The notes beneath the pieces were generated by a model. That model worked only from the letters and a program-made list of their open reading frames with translations, made no database searches and was not told the origin of the DNA. From NCBI GenBank assembly GCA_027491415.1, contig JAOZFH010000023.1, forward strand, positions 1 to 30,618: a stretch of DNA of 30,618 bases, read 5' to 3'. The stretch is from Thermoproteota archaeon (lineage in GTDB: Archaea; Korarchaeota; Korarchaeia; Korarchaeales; Korarchaeaceae). Shown piece after piece: positions 27,575-30,618 of this stretch (position 1 is the stretch's first letter; each line of letters opens with the position of its first letter). Both the position numbers and the translations under genes were made by a program.

Positions 27575-28954
27575 TCATCCGGCGCCGGCCCACAGCCCCG
27601 CCTCCTCCCGGATGAACTTCCTGAACGCATCGACGTCGTTCCTCCTGGCCCTGACCGGGGCCGACGTCACCGCTGACCTTATGGCCATGAGCCTCCTGTC
27701 CGGGGCGAGCTCGGGCCTCCTGACGTATAGGGCTCTCAGCTCTCCGAGGCTCCTCTCCAGGGGGTGCATGTCGGGCACGTCACACGCGATCTTCAGGGCT
27801 TCCGGGACGCACCTCCTGCCCCATGTCTTCTCGATATCGAAGAGGGCGCCGTACCCCTCCTTGTAGGGGTTGACGGGCCTCCCGTATACAGCCTCGAAGT
27901 ACTCACCTCTGGTCCGCCCGAACGGGTCCTCGTCCGGCCCCAGGTAGCGGAGGGTCTCCTCGTCAACGATCGCCTCTCCGAGCGCCGGCCTCAGCTCCTT
28001 GAGAACAGCCAGCTCAACCCAGAGGGCGAACCCCTCGTCCACCACGAGGAGGGGGTCCCTCGCGGCAGACAGCTTCTCCTCTGCCGCCACTCTCTCCACT
28101 CCCGAGAGGTTCCTGGCTGCCCTAACGGCTTCTGCGAGGGACTGGCCGGCCCGGGTGTGAGAGTACACGGAACCGTGCCCCAGGTATTCGTGGGCCAGGT
28201 GGGCGACCAGTCTAGCGAACCTCGGGACTAGGGACCCCCTGGCCTCCGACCTCAGACTAGCCTCCTCAGGATCGTAGAGGAGGAAGGCCCCGAGGCCGGG
28301 CTCTGCGAAAGGCGTGGGGGGGCCGTTGAAAGAGCCCCTGGCGGCGGCGTACTCTCGGAGGGTGAAGTGAATCGGGAAGTCCGGAGGCTCCAGGCCTAGC
28401 CTCTCCCTCGCGACGTCCCTCATGATCTTTACGAGCGAGTCAAGCTCCCCCGGCTTCAGGGGTGAGACCGAGGCCAGGAGCGCGAGCTTTGAGATCTCCG
28501 CCTCAAGGGATCCGGGTGCCAGTGGCCTGAGTCTCACCACAGACGTGGCGAGCAGGTCCACCGGGGCGACCCTCGACGCCCCCTCGGTCGGCCTCTCCAC
28601 TCCGCCCGAGAAGTACAGCTCCGAAATGGCCATCGCCTCTGCCAGGGTGGGCAGCTCCTCCGGCCGGGGCCCCCTCCCCAGGACCCTTGACTTCACCCTC
28701 GAGTAGGCGTCCCTCGCCAGCTCGGACCCCACCTGCCTGCCGAACTGCTGGTAGGCGTGCTTCGCCAGCTCCTTCAGGAACTCAGCCAGGAAGTAGGCGA
28801 CCGGGGCCAGGAGGATCCCCTCGGCCAGGGCGTGAGCCCTGGCCGACTCCTCCCTGAGGATCCCCTCCTCTGCGATTATCGCCCTCCTGACCCTCGCGGG
28901 CGCCCCCGGGGTCAGGGGGAGCCTCCTGACGAACTCCTCTGGGTCTTCCCTCAC
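27575..28954 (-). CDS. Hypothetical protein, putative zinc metallopeptidase
   Basis: AHEYLGH (HExxxH) plus downstream DEGFALWVE, resembling a gluzincin third ligand. GTGA overlap with the upstream gene. Confidence 0.65.
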   Translation of the reverse strand: MREDPEEFVRRLPLTPGAPARVRRAIIAEEGILREESARAHALAEGILLAPVAYFLAEFLKELAKHAYQQFGRQVGSELARDAYSRVKSRVLGRGPRPEELPTLAEAMAISELYFSGGVERPTEGASRVAPVDLLATSVVRLRPLAPGSLEAEISKLALLASVSPLKPGELDSLVKIMRDVARERLGLEPPDFPIHFTLREYAAARGSFNGPPTPFAEPGLGAFLLYDPEEASLRSEARGSLVPRFARLVAHLAHEYLGHGSVYSHTRAGQSLAEAVRAARNLSGVERVAAEEKLSAARDPLLVVDEGFALWVELAVLKELRPALGEAIVDEETLRYLGPDEDPFGRTRGEYFEAVYGRPVNPYKEGYGALFDIEKTWGRRCVPEALKIACDVPDMHPLERSLGELRALYVRRPELAPDRRLMAIRSAVTSAPVRARRNDVDAFRKFIREEAGLWAGAG

Positions 28955-29406
28955 GCCCCTCCCTCCACCAGTATCAGGGCCCCCTTCGACGCGAGGGACC
29001 TGGCCGCCGCCATCACGGTCTCGTGAGGCAGGCCCAGCTCCCTGGAGGCCTCGTCCAGATCGAACCAGCCGCCGGTCCTGTGGAGGTACTCCAGGAGCCT
29101 CCTCTCGGCCTCCGTCGCGCTGACGCCGGAAAGTCTCTCTACCTCTTTGGTGAGTTCCTCCACAGTCTTCCTGAGCCTCTCAAGCTCGCGCTCGCAGTCC
29201 CCCGCCGAAGCCACTCGCCCGGCGGCCTGCCCATTCTCCGCCGCGGGCCGACCACCACCCGCCCGCTCCTCCCTCAGCCTCTGGAGCTCAGCCTCTAGCT
29301 GAGCGATCTTCTCCCCGAGCTCGGCGACTTTGCTCTCCAGCTCCTTGACCCTCCTCCTATACCTCTCAAGGATGGCGGCAACTGCGGGAGGTAGTCGATA
29401 GCTCAG
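28951..29406 (-). CDS. Coiled-coil protein with a C-terminal winged helix (151 aa if started at CTG 29406)
   Basis: The frame is open upstream of the track start (29214) through a heptad helix YRRRVKELESKVAELGEKIAQLEAELQRL. GGAGGTG SD lies 6 nt before CTG. Confidence 0.72.
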   Translation of the reverse strand: MSYRLPPAVAAILERYRRRVKELESKVAELGEKIAQLEAELQRLREERAGGGRPAAENGQAAGRVASAGDCERELERLRKTVEELTKEVERLSGVSATEAERRLLEYLHRTGGWFDLDEASRELGLPHETVMAAARSLASKGALILVEGGA

Positions 29407-29409
29407 ATC

Positions 29410-30618
29410 TCACACCTCCTCAAGGGCTCCCTCATCCTTCAGCGCCTCTAAAACCTTCTTAGCCAACCCTGGCGAGATCCCGAGGGCAGAGGCCAGCTCG
29501 GCGGGAGTGACCCTGCCTCCTCCGTCCAGGGCCACCTCTAAGGCTCGGACCTTCAGCTCTTCGATCCAGGAGGCCCTCAACCTGAGGGCGAATGCGGCCA
29601 GCCCCACACCTGCAAGGGCGGCCAGCAGGACCTTCATCACGGCACCCACCATCGATCCCGGGACCTCCACGACGAGTTCCCGAGAGGCTGCCGGGGATCC
29701 CGCCACAGTCAAGGTCACCGTCAGCCTGTGTGTCCCCTTCTCCAATCCCAGCCCTGCCTCGAAGGGTTCGATCTGGCCTGCTATGGTGATTGGAATCGTG
29801 GTCAGAGCCTCTCCGAGTTCCGAGACCTGCACCTGCGCTTCGACGGGGAGACGTGGACTGGGGGGAGGGTCAAGCCCCACGACCCCGGTGAGGGTGACCT
29901 TGCCAGGCCCTGTAGACGAGTTGACGTCGAGGGTGGCGGAGTAGACCCACACTCTCGCCTCGGCATCGGCGAGCGCCTGGCCGTCGTACACAAGCTCTAT
30001 TGACAGCTCGTGGACGCCGGGCTCGAGTTCGAGCTGAACGTTCCTCTCGGCTATCTCAGAGCTTATGTTCCACTGCTCCTCGAGCAATACTCGACCTGAC
30101 TCCGTCACCACCAGCTCGGCGGGGAGCGGCCACCTAGGATCCGGCACCGGGACGAGCTCGGCCCTAACCCTCAGTCCGTCCGATCCAAAGCCGAGGACGG
30201 AAAGAGAGGCGCTCTCAGGAGGAGGGGGGAGGATCTCGACCTCCACCACCTGGGAGGCCACCTCCTCACCGCCTACGATGGCCCTGAGGGTGAGGATGTG
30301 GTGCCCCGGCCGGAGGGGTGTGTTGAGAGGTATAGCGAGGGAGCCGCCGGTCCCGGACAGGGTGGCATCCACATTCGCCAGTTCCTCGCCTCCCTCTAGA
30401 AGGCTGATCAGCATCCTCACCGGCTCCGGGAGGCTGGGGCTGACCGAGAGACCCACCGTCACGTTAGACCCGTACCTCGACACCCGCACCTCCGAGATGG
30501 AGACGGTCGGGTTCACCTTGACGAGGACGCGGACGCTCCAGGTGCCGACCGCCAGGGCAGACGAGTCCGGGCTCCACGCGAGCGAGCCGACCGCCTCACC
30601 CAGCGTGACGGAGAGCAC
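29410..30618 (-). CDS. Cell-surface protein, 5' truncated: WD40-like blade, three Ig-like repeats, TM helix, cytoplasmic winged helix
   Basis: SLAWSPDSSALAVG blade; three repeats of L.(P/K)G.H.L; TM VLLAALAGVGLAAFAL; GGRVTPAELASALGISPGLAKKVLEAL..EG. Confidence 0.8.
   Translation of the reverse strand: MLSVTLGEAVGSLAWSPDSSALAVGTWSVRVLVKVNPTVSISEVRVSRYGSNVTVGLSVSPSLPEPVRMLISLLEGGEELANVDATLSGTGGSLAIPLNTPLRPGHHILTLRAIVGGEEVASQVVEVEILPPPPESASLSVLGFGSDGLRVRAELVPVPDPRWPLPAELVVTESGRVLLEEQWNISSEIAERNVQLELEPGVHELSIELVYDGQALADAEARVWVYSATLDVNSSTGPGKVTLTGVVGLDPPPSPRLPVEAQVQVSELGEALTTIPITIAGQIEPFEAGLGLEKGTHRLTVTLTVAGSPAASRELVVEVPGSMVGAVMKVLLAALAGVGLAAFALRLRASWIEELKVRALEVALDGGGRVTPAELASALGISPGLAKKVLEALKDEGALEEV

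Overview
High-GC window from an archaeon, probably thermophilic. This is inferred from TATA boxes about 25 nt before near-leaderless starts, heavy AGG/ATA codon use and archaeal-type gene families; the phylum cannot be assigned. It opens with the leader end of a CRISPR array (10 identical 37-bp repeats, no cas genes in view). It contains three AbrB/PIN (VapBC) modules, acetyl-CoA synthetase, and a metal-homeostasis region (DUF2284-like gene, ZIP, CopB-type ATPase, PadR-TRASH regulator). That region runs into a sulfur/Fe-S cluster (IscS, IscU, TusA-like, TatA, SufS), followed by class II RNR with CobO, ThiI, a methyltransferase and a radical SAM/SPASM enzyme. Several genes are frameshifted or decayed. 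The least explained element is the three-gene operon at the right end: a surface protein with a cytoplasmic winged helix, a coiled-coil protein with a CdvB-like winged helix, and a HExxxH zinc peptidase. Other leads are repeated apparent CTG start codons, an AT-rich patch over the RNR catalytic cysteine, and a missed 53-aa Cys/Trp membrane peptide. All family calls come from motif recognition by eye; no searches were run.
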